Origin: Octopus vulgaris
Taxonomy: Eukaryota
DNA length: 64,000 bases
Assembly: GCA_951406725.2 (NCBI GenBank)
Contig: OX597822.1
Span: 66,030,001 to 66,094,000, forward strand
Direction of reading: 5' to 3'
A model generated the notes under the pieces. It made no database searches. It saw only the letters and a program-made list of their open reading frames with translations, and was not told the origin of the DNA. Shown here piece after piece: positions 1-12,120 of this stretch (within the stretch, counting starts at the first letter, position 1; each line of letters begins with the position of its first letter). A program made the position numbers and the translations under genes.

Positions 1-542
1 TTTTTTATAATGTTTCTTCTAACATTGGCAAGCTTGTTACTGTCTATGTAGGGTCTTACTTCAGGGTGTTTCTGTCTCCAGTTTAAGTATGCTTGTACAG
101 TGCTAGACTTATCTGTGGGGAAATATATGGCATGGTAGAAGGCCTCAAGAACTTCTTTATTATCTTCCCTAGACCATTTTTCCTTCTTTTTCTTTTGATT
201 ATTTGGTGATGAGCATGGATGGCCATCTGTTGGAATATTCCGGTTGTGGGGTTCGTCCAGCTCCTGTGTGTTGGGAAGATTTGATCCAGTAACTGATCTT
301 TCAATCAGGATTTGGTTCAATTTTCGGGTACGTGGTCTTTTGTAATCCGCGCAATGACCAATGCGGTTTATTGTTTGATTTGTTGACCTTGAAGCATGAC
401 GAGCATCCATTCTTATATTAGGAGATGGATCTGTCAGTTTAGGGTTCACTACGTGTAAGCATTGCTCATAGCGCCGCTTCTTAAGACTAGCAGATCTATA
501 TTCGTCTGTATTTTTTTTGTTGATAGTTTTATCTCCGGACAT
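1..542 (-). CDS. Partial ORF: N-terminus of an R4/Dong LINE protein (180 codons, no stop inside the window)
   Basis: Manual translation from ATG 542: MSGDKTINKKNTDEYRSASLKKRRYEQCLHVVNPKLTDPSPNIRMDARH...NNQKKKKEKWSREDNKEVLEAFYHAIYFPTDKSSTVQAYLNWRQKHPEVRPYIDSNKLANVRRNIIK. Absent from the ORF track, probably because it has no stop. Confidence 0.75.
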   Translation of the reverse strand, partial: MSGDKTINKKNTDEYRSASLKKRRYEQCLHVVNPKLTDPSPNIRMDARHASRSTNQTINRIGHCADYKRPRTRKLNQILIERSVTGSNLPNTQELDEPHNRNIPTDGHPCSSPNNQKKKKEKWSREDNKEVLEAFYHAIYFPTDKSSTVQAYLNWRQKHPEVRPYIDSNKLANVRRNIIK

Positions 543-662
543 TTTTTTTTTTTTTTTTTCCTTTCCTCCTCTTCCTTTCTTCAAGGCTTACTGTGTTTGT
601 ATTAGTTCGAAATAATGAGAATAAAATACGGAGAAGGAAACGAAAAGAAAGTGAAAAGGGAA
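1..662 (-). mobile_element. 5' end of an R4/Dong-clade non-LTR retrotransposon (about 120-nt 5' UTR plus ORF start), inserted next to (TAA)n and truncated by the window edge
   Basis: Begins immediately after the (TTA)n tract at ~663-760. Pyrimidine-rich leader, then an A-run, then ATG at 542. The encoded motif KWSREDNKEVLEAFYH...WRQKHP...KLANVRRNII matches the R4/Dong N-terminal region. Confidence 0.75.
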
Positions 663-737
<75 letters not shown>

Positions 738-760
738 CATTATTATCATCATTATTATTT
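663..760. repeat. (TTA)n microsatellite
   Basis: Seen directly. Further (TTA)/(TAA) tracts at 1915-2182, 2741-2832, 5352-5490, 15836-15915, 41805-41930, 42436-42545; (CTA)n at 982-1031 and 1247-1306. Confidence 0.98.
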
Positions 761-981
761 ACATCATCAGTACATATAATTTTCTCTGAGTATCTGATAC
801 TTTATACGCCATACCGCAGTATAAGAATATTAAGCATTCCAACAATGTCACACTATCTCATCATATAACAGCACATTGCAGTCACATAATCGACGAAGGG
901 AACTTAACGTGATAGTGAAGCTGCAAGTTATATTTCATATTCTAGCATCCCATCTTGAAAAGACAAGCATACATTTGAAAG

Positions 982-1032
<51 letters not shown>

Positions 1033-1246
1033 GTTTTCTTCAGTTTCTATTTCTTCTGGTTACTCTTAATATCCTTCTTATCGCTTGCTCGAAAATTCCC
1101 CTCTTCTTCCCTTCGTTCCCGACTCCTTAATCTTACTTTTTTCTCCCTCTCTTCTTGTCCTTCCTGTTCTGTATTCTTTAACAGGTTCCTCCTCCTCCCC
1201 GCTTCTTCTTTCTCGTGTTGTCCTCCTTCGTCACAACTTCTTCAGT

Positions 1247-1308
<62 letters not shown>

Positions 1309-1546
1309 TTTCTTCTAGCATTTGTTGCTGTGATAACTTTATTTTTCATCGTCAAGAATCACTCTGCTCCATGAGATTCGGTAGATCTTTATAGTTCCAT
1401 GCTGGTCGATTCAGCGAATAGCATCAACGTAGCTAAATGCATTTTGTCCTATATTAAGGTGTGAAAGTATAAAAATATGACCTGTTTTTCTTCACAACAG
1501 TGGCGACCCAAAAATCTACTCTGCTTTCAGCAAAAATATTAAATAC

Positions 1547-1749
1547 TATTAAGTTGGTGCATAATTATTGCAGCTTTTTTTTCAATAAATTTCATTCAAC
1601 AAAAACAAAGGTTAACAAAAACATCTTTAAATGGTTATTCCGGAGCATATTCACAATCTACTTTAATTTCCGCTTGGCGTTATGTTTATATTTTTCGTTG
1701 AATAAAATTTATTGGAAAAAAGCCGCAATAACTATGCACCAACCAAATA
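1547..1749. mobile_element. Mariner-type MITE of about 200 bp (Hsmar1/MADE1-like TIRs)
   Basis: Left end TATTAAGTTGGTGCATAATTATTGCAGCTTTT; right end AAAAGCCGCAATAACTATGCACCAACCAAATA. Inverted match extends about 50 bp, with TA at both ends. Confidence 0.75.
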
Positions 1750-1920
1750 TAGTGAGCTTCTCAGAACCTGGTAATCAGGTTATTTCCAAGTCAGCGAGAG
1801 TGGCTAGCTTTCTACCGTATGGAGCCAAATCCCAAAGTTTGAAACGCGATCTTTAAGATTCTGCTGATTAACTGAAAATATTTTATGGATATATTCCATT
1901 TTTCTTTTTCTCAATGATAA

Positions 1921-2007
<87 letters not shown>

Positions 2008-2030
2008 TATTATCATTATTATCATTATTA

Positions 2031-2097
<67 letters not shown>

Positions 2098-2120
2098 TAT
2101 TATCATTATTATCATTATTA

Positions 2121-2181
<61 letters not shown>

Positions 2182-2182
<1 letters not shown>

Positions 2183-2738
2183 GAGTGAGAGAGCAGTGCA
2201 TGCCATCAAAGTGACACTGGGGTAAAATATACGAAGCCCAGTATACACATCATGACAACCCGTCTGATAAGGGTACACTAGGCACATGCATCACAACCAT
2301 ATATTCGCGACATGGAGATCTCATATTAAGATAAACAACGCATGAACTTGCAGGTGGGGCCCAGTTAGAATTTTCTTCTGGTCGAGTAACCCATCCCGCC
2401 CAAAAGGTCCCTGAATAAGGGTTGTTTAAGGATGTTGAACGAAACACCCATATTTCCAGAAGTGAATTATTCGAACCCCAAAGAATTCCTCTAAACACAT
2501 GGCTAAGATGCTCTCCCACTACTACTGCTCGTGATCAGAGATGCATATATCGTCAGCCACTAAGGGACATGGTCAACTGGCTAAGGCCAAACAACTGACA
2601 AGCAATTCTGTGGTATTGAGCAGAATATTTGCTGTAGCCCATCTTTTATACCAAGACAAAACAATGTACATGATGACACTTCCAATTAGTTAAGATGAGA
2701 AGCCACGAGAGCTACTGCCTGGTACTGCATCAGCTCTA
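2182..2738 (-). mobile_element. Non-coding interspersed repeat of about 550 bp embedded in (TAA)n (copy 1)
   Basis: Reverse-complement homolog at 3477-4020. Both copies end ...ACTGCTCTCTCACTCA followed by a TAA-type tract. Confidence 0.75.
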
Positions 2739-2759
2739 TCATTATTATTATTATTGTTG

Positions 2760-2832
<73 letters not shown>

Positions 2833-2844
2833 CGCCCTTTCTTT

Positions 2845-3162
2845 CTTCCTTATCGCATACCTTGTTTCCAGTTTCCATGTACTTCTCGAAAATTTTGCTC
2901 ACTGTTCCCAGGGCTCCGACAATTATTGGTACTATTGTTACCTTTTTTATCGACCTGCTTAACTTCCAAAGCTAACCTGTCATACCTCTCAACTTTTCTT
3001 TCTTCTCGCCTACCTTGTTGTCATCTGGGCATGCTCTATCTATGATCCAGCATAATTTGTTTTCTTTCTCAATTAAGACTATGTCCGGCTTCCTATTCTC
3101 TATCTCATGGTCACACTGAATCACAAAATCCCATAGAATCTTTACATTTCTATTTTCGACAA
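2845..3162 (-). mobile_element. R4/Dong LINE fragment: restriction-like endonuclease (RLE) domain, degraded
   Basis: VENRNVKILWDFVIQCDHEIENRKPDIVLIEKENKLCWIIDRACPDD, then in another frame TIVPIIVGALGTVSK. This is the RxPD...D RLE motif. Confidence 0.85.
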
Positions 3163-3163
3163 T

Positions 3164-3320
3164 AGGCGCAAGAGTGGCTGTATGGTAAGTAGCTTGCTTA
3201 CCAACCACATGGTTCCGGGTTCAGTCCTGCTCCGTAGCACCTTGGGCAAGTGTCTTCTACTATAGCTTCGGGTCGACCAAAGCCTTGTGAGTGGATTTGA
3301 TAGACGGAAACTGAAATAAG
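3164..3320 (+). mobile_element. tRNA-headed SINE family A (CORE-like), 3'-truncated
   Basis: GAGTGGCTGTATGGTAAG (A-box-like), GGTTCAGTCC (B-box-like), CCTTGGGCAAGT CORE-like motif. Many further copies in the window. Confidence 0.85.
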
Positions 3321-3349
3321 AATAATAATAACAACAACAACAATAAGGC

Positions 3350-4025
3350 ACTGAGTCTCGTGGCTTCTAACTGATTGGAAGTGTTATCATGTGCATTGTT
3401 TTGTCTTGGCATAAAAGGTGGTCTACAACAAATATTCTGCTCAGTACCACAGATTCGTTTGTGTCCTGATGCAGTACAAGGCAGTGGTTGTCATGGCTTC
3501 TGATCTTAACTGATTGGAAGTGTTATCAGGTACATTGTTTGTCTTGGTATAAAATATGGGCTACAACAAATATTCTGCTCAATACTACAGATTTGCTGGT
3601 CAGTTGTTTCACTTTAACCTCTTCAGCATTTTCATTAGTGGCTGACTGTATATGCATCTCTGAAAACGAGCAGAAGTAGTGGAGAAGCATCATATCCATG
3701 TGTTGAGAGGAATTCTTTGGGGTTTGAATAATACACCTCTGGAACCATGGATGTTTTGTTCATCCTCCTTAAATAACACTTATTCAGTGATCTATTGGGT
3801 GGGAGGGGCTACTCGATCTGAAAAAAAATTTTAACTGGGCCTCACCTGAAAGGTCATGCGACTTTATCTCGATATGTAATCATCATGACGTGCACATATG
3901 GTTGTGATGCATGTACCTGGTATACCCTCATCATGCGGGTAATGATCATAGGTGTACTGAGCTTATTATATTTTAGCCCTGTGTCGCTTTGATGGCATGT
4001 ACTGCTCTCTCACTCAGTAATAATA
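3350..4025 (+). mobile_element. 550-bp (TAA)n-associated repeat, copy 2 (3477-4020), preceded by a partial duplicate of its first ~110 bp
   Basis: TGGCTTCT...AACTGATTGGAAGTGTTATCA...CAAATATTCTGCTCA occurs at ~3361 and ~3494. Inverted relative to 2182-2738. Confidence 0.75.
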
Positions 4026-4854
4026 ATAATGATAATATGTTGTCGCAACATCATATTAATACCCCTCAAATAATATTTCAAAACATCACCAAAACATGGT
4101 ATCTTCACATCGTTCAACTTATGAAAATTGTATATGGTCGCACGACCTGCTACAGACAGACAAACAAGACACATTTCTCTAGAATCTCACATTCTAACAT
4201 CTAAAGATACAGAGAGAACACATCGGGTAATACAGTACAGGATATACACTTTCCCCAAAGTAGACGAATGGGGGCTTGAAAGCTGTTTATCAAATTACAT
4301 TTGCTCGATCAGGGCAGAACTGGGACACAACAGCGAAAATAACAAAATCAATAACGCTACTAGGAACAACAACAAAAATTTAACCATAGCATCAATTGTT
4401 TTAATATACATATCACTGCGCCAGTACACTCAGAGATTTTAAGGAGAGGTTACTCCGTACATATCACACGATGTCAAGCTAACTCGAATCTATGTCATTT
4501 ATAATTTAACTAGACAACAATGAATATTTGGCGTTTGTTTTTTGATTTTCATCTTTATGTTTTCTATTCACATTGACTTGAAGCAAACTCATTTACTGAA
4601 TCTTTCGTATACTTATTTTTTACGTTTAGTTTCGGTTTCCCTTTCTTTGTTAAAAAAAAAAAATGGTGGGGAGGTAAGAAAAACAATAACAACAAAATTT
4701 AATGCATGTCCATATTTGGTTTCATTTATTATATATTATATAGTTTTTGTTTTGATATCATAATCATCATCATCATCATCATCATCATGCTTTAATTCTT
4801 CTGTTATTGCTTTTTAATTTTCCATGTTTATTCTCATTGAATATATTTATTTAC

Positions 4855-5255
<401 letters not shown>

Positions 5256-5451
5256 TTGAATTCGCTCGTTTGCTCGATGCAAATCGCCTACTGTTTTCCA
5301 AGTTCCCCCTTGCAATCACCACCAAAGATTTGGACGTTTCTGTGCCACAGCATTATTATTATTATTATTATTATTATTAGTATTATCATTATTATTATTA
5401 TTATTATTATTACTATTATTATTATTACTATTATTATTATCATTATCATTG

Positions 5452-5489
<38 letters not shown>

Positions 5490-5882
5490 GATAAGTATAA
5501 TAACTATAGCATGCAGTATAATCACCATTATTATTTATTATTTTTGTTGTTGGTATTCCTTTCGCTGTCGTTGTCACTCTTACTGTTGTTATGGGTGTGG
5601 GTGGTGGGATGCTTGTTCTGTTGTCGTTGTTCTTGTTCTAGTTGTTCATGTCATTCATATTGCATTTTATATTTTATATTCCTTTTATAATATTCATTAT
5701 TTTTATGTCTGCCATTAAAGCTTTGTTTCTGCGTCTACTTCTATTTTCAAAGTTTTCCCCTCCAGTCTATTCATTTACACATTCACCGTGTGAATTTCAT
5801 ATTTCGGAATCAATAATATGCGTATACTCATGCCCATACGTATACATACATACATACACAAACGTGCATAAGTACATACATG

Positions 5883-5978
<96 letters not shown>

Positions 5979-6045
5979 ATATATATATATTTATATATTC
6001 ATGAATTCGTATGCATTTCAGAATGAGTATACTTGCGTATGTATA

Positions 6046-6107
<62 letters not shown>

Positions 6108-6204
6108 CATACATATATACATGTATATACATAAATACATATATATACCTATATTTCCCTCTCTCAGTCTTACATTCTCACTCCCACACTTTTTGTTTCT
6201 GTCT

Positions 6205-6239
<35 letters not shown>

Positions 6240-6255
6240 GCTATATATGTGTATA

Positions 6256-6286
<31 letters not shown>

Positions 6287-6929
6287 TTCTATATACCTGT
6301 GTATATATATGTATGTATGTGTGTGTGTTTGTGTACACATATTTATTCTGACACATGTATCACACACATGCTGGTGATAAATTCAACGTATATTTTCTCT
6401 TTAATTTCTATGTCATTCGGTCTCATCCGATTTCTTCACCATTTACTTGTCTACAAATTGCAAATGGTATCAGAAAAGGTCAGGTTATCTATGCAAACTC
6501 AATAAATCAGTTTCTGGAAGTGTATGATCTAAAAGAGCTTTCTGAAATATTACAATCAACCTTCATTCAATTCTTCTAGAAATATTGAAATAGAATTTGA
6601 TTTAGTTAAGTGCACAAAATGAACTTTTCTAACATGTTAAGACTGCATTAGTCGTCCTATGTGCGCTGTTGACTCACACACGTCGTATTCTCTTATACAA
6701 AGATGCAGAATTTTGACGTATATAAATAATCCAAGCATCTCGAGATAAAGGAGGCAACTGTTAGATGAAAACTGGAATTTATACTTATACATGTATATAT
6801 GTATGTATGTATGTGTGGGTGTGTGTCTGTATGTATGTATGTATGTATGTATGTTTGTGCGTTTGTGTGTATATATGTATGTACACACACACACATAAAT
6901 ATATATATATATATATAAATATACATATA

Positions 6930-7021
<92 letters not shown>

Positions 7022-8489
7022 TACATATGCATATATGTGCATAAATACATGTTTATATTTATATGTATGTATTATATACATAAATACATACATATATAAA
7101 ATAAATATATAAATATATAAACACACACACACAAATGTAGGCATACACACTCACAAACACAAATATATATTGCTTCTAAAGCTAAAATGTTGAGTGAAGT
7201 TTTTCACAATCATAGAAGCATTAAATGCATTTAATCATTTTACGACCAATACATGTTAGACTTAAAACTACTAACTGCATCTGTTATGGAATAGCTTAGT
7301 GATTTCATAAACAGATATGATAAAGTTATGTTACTTTTTCTTGTTCGTTATAGAAAACCTAACCTTGAATGTCTACATTTATTTGCAGCAATATTTTAGA
7401 CATGAAGCTATCACTTTGATACCATTTTACGCTTTAGACGACATTTCCTTCATTTATATTCCATATCCAATTACATTCATCTCAATTCTACCCTAGCCAT
7501 GACGATGTGTTTACATCTGTGATGCGACTTGACACATTCGCAAACTAAATTCTCCCTCCCTCCTATAGGCATTTTATACATCAAATCAGGCCTATATCCT
7601 AACACGATCATGCGAATTGATCTCTATGCCCTTTCTATTCCATCCCTATTGCTCCCACTATCCAGTATCTTTTTCTCTCCCTCTTCTCAACCTCTGTCTC
7701 TTTCGCAGGCTGTAAAGAGACTGCATAAACAGTCTCACCGCTGGATAATATGTCCCCATCTGTGCAATGATGTTGTCCCTCTCATTAAAAATTCAATACG
7801 AAAGAAAGTCCGGTTGGCTTAAACAGAAGAGAAACAAGAAAGAAATTGAAGCTTCAACCAGATTTATGTGAACTATATTCCCCGAACCTCTTCTGTCACT
7901 GCTAACAATTCAAGTAATTCGCTCTATTTGCCCTTTGTCAAATGACGCTCATATATCGCATACATGTGAATAATATATGCGCAGTCAACTATCAATTGCT
8001 TTGCCACAATTTATTCCAACCTTTGGCGATTAATTTGGACGATTTATAAGCTTTGATTTGCTTTCCGCAAAAATGTAAATGCAGCTATGCTGAGCTAAAA
8101 ATCTGGTAGCATAAACACATAGTAAGTCATACGTGTGACTGGTTGCGTGAATCAGTATTCATATCGGTCCATCACAAATTAAGCGTTAGATTTGGTTTGG
8201 CATTTCAGAGTGTCGCAAAATGTAGCTGAGTGTTCATCAAGTTATTACTGCAGTCATTCGGCCTGTTATACCGCATGATATATGTATTTCGATTTTCGTA
8301 ATAGTTATCATCTCTAATGATATTTATTGTTTAGCACCATATTATCATCAATAACCCGGAAAGGTGGCTGGGCTTTCTACACATTGAAATTCCGTAAGAT
8401 GAAGAATGCACTTAACATATCCCTATTTATTATGTCGTTCAACGTATTAGAAAAAAATATCAATTTTATACAGAAGGTGAAAAAAAAAA

Positions 8490-8808
8490 GGCGCACCGCT
8501 AACTTGTTAGAGCGTCGGACTCACAATCATGCGGTAACGATTTCGATTCCCGGACCTGGCTATATGTTGTTTTCTAGAGCAATACAATTTATTTCACGTT
8601 GCTTCAGTCAGCTGTAAAGATGGCTTGTCACGTGCCTGGTGCCATGTTGTATCGGCCTTTCCCTTGGACAGCAGCTGTGACATTGAGAGGAGAGTTTCGT
8701 AATCATGGGTGACCGCTGGCTTCCTATAAACAAATTTGCATGGACTTGTGTATCAGAGGACATTCTAGGTGCAATGTCATGGTCATTCATGACCGAAGGA
8801 GTTCTTTG

Positions 8809-8812
<4 letters not shown>
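8490..8812 (+). mobile_element. tRNA-headed SINE family C, diverged copy
   Basis: GTTAGAGCGTC...TTCGATTCC head; tail CTAGGTGCAAT...GGTCATTCATGACCGAAGG. Homologous to 54330-54660 in reverse. Confidence 0.7.
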
Positions 8813-8880
<68 letters not shown>

Positions 8881-8950
8881 AGGTAGATAGATGGATAGGT
8901 AGCTACACGGATAGATATGTAGGTAAAATAGATATTCTTATATGCGTATT

Positions 8951-9122
8951 AAAGCGGTGAACAACCTGAGTACACCGGACAAAATGTTTACCTGTATTTG
9001 TTCTCAGCTGAAATTCTGCCGATGTTGAGTTTGCCTTTCATTATTTCGGGATTGATAAAATATGTACCACCTAATAATCACCTTACTCTCTCCCCCGAAA
9101 CTTGCATCAAAATTTGAAATCA
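8951..9122 (+). mobile_element. Degenerate SINE family B (Meta-domain-like)
   Basis: AAATTCTGCCGATGTTGAGTTTGCCTTTCATTATTTCGGGATTGATAAAATATGTACC resembles the family B core. Confidence 0.6.
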
Positions 9123-9198
9123 ATATATAATTATAAACTTGCATATCTTTGTATATATACAAACTCATATACATCTACACATGTATAAATGTAAGTAT

Positions 9199-9420
9199 AT
9201 GAAGGGTGCCGCAAAAATACCTTCCATATTTTAAACTTTCATTTCTTGAAAGTTGCTGTTGCTCATGAACTTATGCGGGTGCCAATGATGTTTTCATTTA
9301 GCTAATGAACAAAATCTGTAACTCTGTTTAAACAACAGAAAACTAAGTTTTCATAAATGTTGTTTCTGTTCCCTTTTGTCAACCTTTCAAATGTGGGACG
9401 TATTTCTGCCGCACCCAGTA
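9199..9420. mobile_element. Tc1/mariner-type MITE of about 220 bp
   Basis: Left AGGGTGCCGCAAAAATACCTTCCATATTT versus right AAATGTGGGACGTATTTCTGCCGCACCCAGTA: imperfect TIRs in a TA context. Confidence 0.6.
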
Positions 9421-9606
9421 TAAGTATATTTGCGCGTTCGTGTGTATAGATGGGTGAATATCTGTGCAATATCTGATACATGATTGTTACTGCTTCTATC
9501 CTACAAGTACTTTATTGCAATCGTATTACTGAAAGGTTGTTGGTTCGCGTATTAATATTAAAATGAGTGAAAGAAAGAGAATGCATCGATAGTGAATAAT
9601 TTATGT

Positions 9607-9640
<34 letters not shown>

Positions 9641-10020
9641 CTTTTATTCTTTTACTTGTGGCATTCATTTTGACTGCGGCCATGCTGGAGCACCGCCTTT
9701 AGACAATCAAATCGACCCCAGGACTTATTCTTTGTAAGCGTAGTACTTATTCTATCGGTCTTTTGCCGAACTGCTAAGTTACGGGGACATAAACACACCA
9801 GCATTGTTTGTCAAGCTATGTGGGGGGACAAACACAGACACACATACACACATATACATATACATATATACGACGGACTTCTTTCAGTCTACCAAATCCA
9901 CTCACAGGGATTTGTTCGGCCCGAGGCTATAGTAGAAGACACTTGCCCAAGGTGCCACGCAGTGGGACCGAACCCGGGACCATGTAGCTGGTAAGCAAGC
10001 TACTTACCACACAGCCACTC
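9641..10020 (-). mobile_element. SINE family A, near full length
   Basis: ACTTGCCCAAGGTGCCACGCAGTGGGACCGAACCCGG...TTACCACACAGCCACTC. Directly abutted by the CR1-like LINE. Confidence 0.88.
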
Positions 10021-10797
10021 ATTGGGACCTGTGTCTGAACGTGTCAAAGTGCTGTCATCTGCCTGTCGGCTCTACTCCTGCAGCTCAACTTGATTTCGAG
10101 CCGGGTCGTCTGCTGCTGGAGAGGACCGATCAGGTAAAGGACCTGGGTATCTTGGTGGATTCTTCCTTTTCGCCTTCGGCCCAGTGCGTCCATGCTGCCA
10201 ACAAAGCACGCGGAATTCTGTTCTTGATTCGACGGTCATTCGGAATGCTCACAGCAGCCATATTCCTACCACTCTATGTCACGCTGGTGAGACCCATATT
10301 GGAGTATGGGATTCAAGCCTCTTCTCCTTATCTCCTCAAAGACATACAGCATCTCGAAAGAGTCCAGAAGCTGGCTACCCGCATGGTTCATGGTCTCAAA
10401 AATTTGTCCTACGAAGAAAGGCTGAGGACGCTCGACCTTTATTCTCTTGAAAAACGCCGCCGCCGTGGTGATCTCATTCTCGCCCACAACATTATAAGCG
10501 GAAAGTGTAACCTCTCGAAAGAGCTGTTCTTCACTCCTGCTCCAGAGCGTCGGCTGCGGGGTCATTCCGAAAAGCTCTACCTGCGACGATTTCATCTCAA
10601 TCGAAGGAGAGGAGCTTTCTCCGTCCGGGTTGCGGATCCGTGGAACAAGCTGCCAGACGAGATGGTGAAGATGCCGACGACCGCTTTGTTCAAAGCCTCC
10701 CTGGACCTCCAGTGGCCTGAACTCTTTACATGAACACCACCCTGTACTTAACTCCATGTCCCCCTACATGGCCTTGCTATTTGCTTTTGAGCCAAAT

Positions 10798-10829
<32 letters not shown>
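10021..10829 (+). mobile_element. 5'-truncated CR1-like LINE with (CTAA)n tail; young copy
   Basis: Uninterrupted C-terminal ORF2, short 3' UTR, and about 7 CTAA repeats at 10801-10829. Visibly more GC-rich than the flanks. Confidence 0.92.
10041..10733 (+). CDS. C-terminal part of CR1-clade LINE ORF2 (post-RT region); 5'-truncated, not a host gene
   Basis: KDLGILVD...ANKARGILFLIRRSF...LYVTLVRPILEYG...LERVQKLATRM...SYEERLRTLDLYSLEKRRRRGDLI...RGHSEKL...FSVRVADPWNKLP. Confidence 0.88.
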   Translation: MSKCCHLPVGSTPAAQLDFEPGRLLLERTDQVKDLGILVDSSFSPSAQCVHAANKARGILFLIRRSFGMLTAAIFLPLYVTLVRPILEYGIQASSPYLLKDIQHLERVQKLATRMVHGLKNLSYEERLRTLDLYSLEKRRRRGDLILAHNIISGKCNLSKELFFTPAPERRLRGHSEKLYLRRFHLNRRRGAFSVRVADPWNKLPDEMVKMPTTALFKASLDLQWPELFT

Positions 10830-10880
10830 ATATATATATGTATATACATACATACATATATATTCATATACATATACATG

Positions 10881-10928
<48 letters not shown>

Positions 10929-11269
10929 CTATGTCGGGATCCATTATTGGCTATATTAGTAGATATTGAATGAAATTCACAATTATATGAATATTGCATG
11001 AATAGAGTAAATATATATAATTATTCGCTACTAATTTAGTGTGAATATTATGAATTGTCTAGAAATGTAATCTCTTTTATGATGTCCATTTTAAAATAAT
11101 AAAATCGCTTGAGTCGACGACAAAGTGTTATGTTTCTACGCTACGTATTATAATATATATAAGGCTAGTACAAGGAGTTTTCGATCTTGGAAAATTGTGT
11201 TCTTGAAGATTTGATTTTGGTGGAATTTTAATCTGGGAGGTTTTAAGATGGGGGTTTCTAAGCTGGAGG

Positions 11270-11480
11270 TTTCCTTATAAACGGAAGCAATTTGACGGCT
11301 GTAGGATGACGATTGATATGGGGTGAATTCTAGTAGACTGGCATTCTAGGACGGAAAGACTGCTGTAACTGAGGATGCAACGTCTAGGTGTAGAAGCATT
11401 ATGGGTGACGGGACAATATGAGACAGAGGTAACACTAAATCAGCCATTTGTAAAGAAGAGCGGTCATTTTGAAGAGGAAG
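11270..11480 (-). pseudogene. Possible highly degraded LINE ORF2 C-terminus
   Basis: Minus strand reads QLQQSFRPRMPVY*NSP...P...LLPF, resembling the SF.PRT..WN.LP motif. Weak. Confidence 0.3.
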
Positions 11481-11721
11481 ATATCCAAAGAAAGTGAAAT
11501 ACAAAGACAGAGAGAATGAGAAAAAAGAGGGGGGAGAGAGATGGAGAGAGACAGGGGAGAGAAAAGAAAATCCTCTGTGAACCAGAGATCAGTGTATGCA
11601 GAAAAATAATGTCTTACTATTTATGTTGAGAAGCTTAAAACTTAAACCCGCGATAGTCGAAGGATTACTGTAATTATGTATGCGTATATAGAAAATATTA
11701 AGGAAATAATTCATGTATATT

Positions 11722-12120
11722 GTTTTCTATCCTAGGCACAAAGCCCGAAATTTTTGGGGAGGGAGCCAGTCGATTAGATCAGCTACAGTACGCAACTGGT
11801 ACTCAATTTATCGACCCTGAAAGGATGAAAGGCAAAGTCGACCTTGGCGGAATTTGAACACAGAACGTAGTGGCAAACGAAATACCTATTTCTTTACTAC
11901 CCACAAGGGGCTAAATATAGAGAGGACAAACAAGGACAGACAAATGGATTCAGTCGATTATATCGACCCCAGTGCGTAACTGGTACTTAATTTATCGACC
12001 CCGAAAGGATGAAAGGCAAAGTCAACCCCGGCGGAATTTGAACTCAGAACGTAACAGCAGACGAAATACCGCTAAGCATTTCGCCCGGGGTGCTAACGTT
12101 TCTACCAGCTCGCCGCCTTA
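11722..12120 (-). mobile_element. SINE family B (tRNA head plus Meta-domain-like core), tandem dimer
   Basis: Two units of the form TTTATCGACCCyGAAAGGATGAAAGGCAAAGTC...GGCGGAATTTGAAC; a single head ...CCAGCTCGCCGCCTT at the right end. Confidence 0.88.

Noticed and set aside
2690-2738. HDV-like ribozyme at the 5' end of the TAA-anchored element
   Set aside because: I could not assemble the P1/P1.1/P2/P3 pseudoknot by eye.
7660-7822. Pyrimidine tract plus CAG as a splice acceptor of a host exon
   Set aside because: No recognisable peptide or donor, and such tracts are ubiquitous here.
10801-10829. Telomere-like repeat
   Set aside because: The unit is CTAA, not CCCTAA, and it is the LINE 3' tail.
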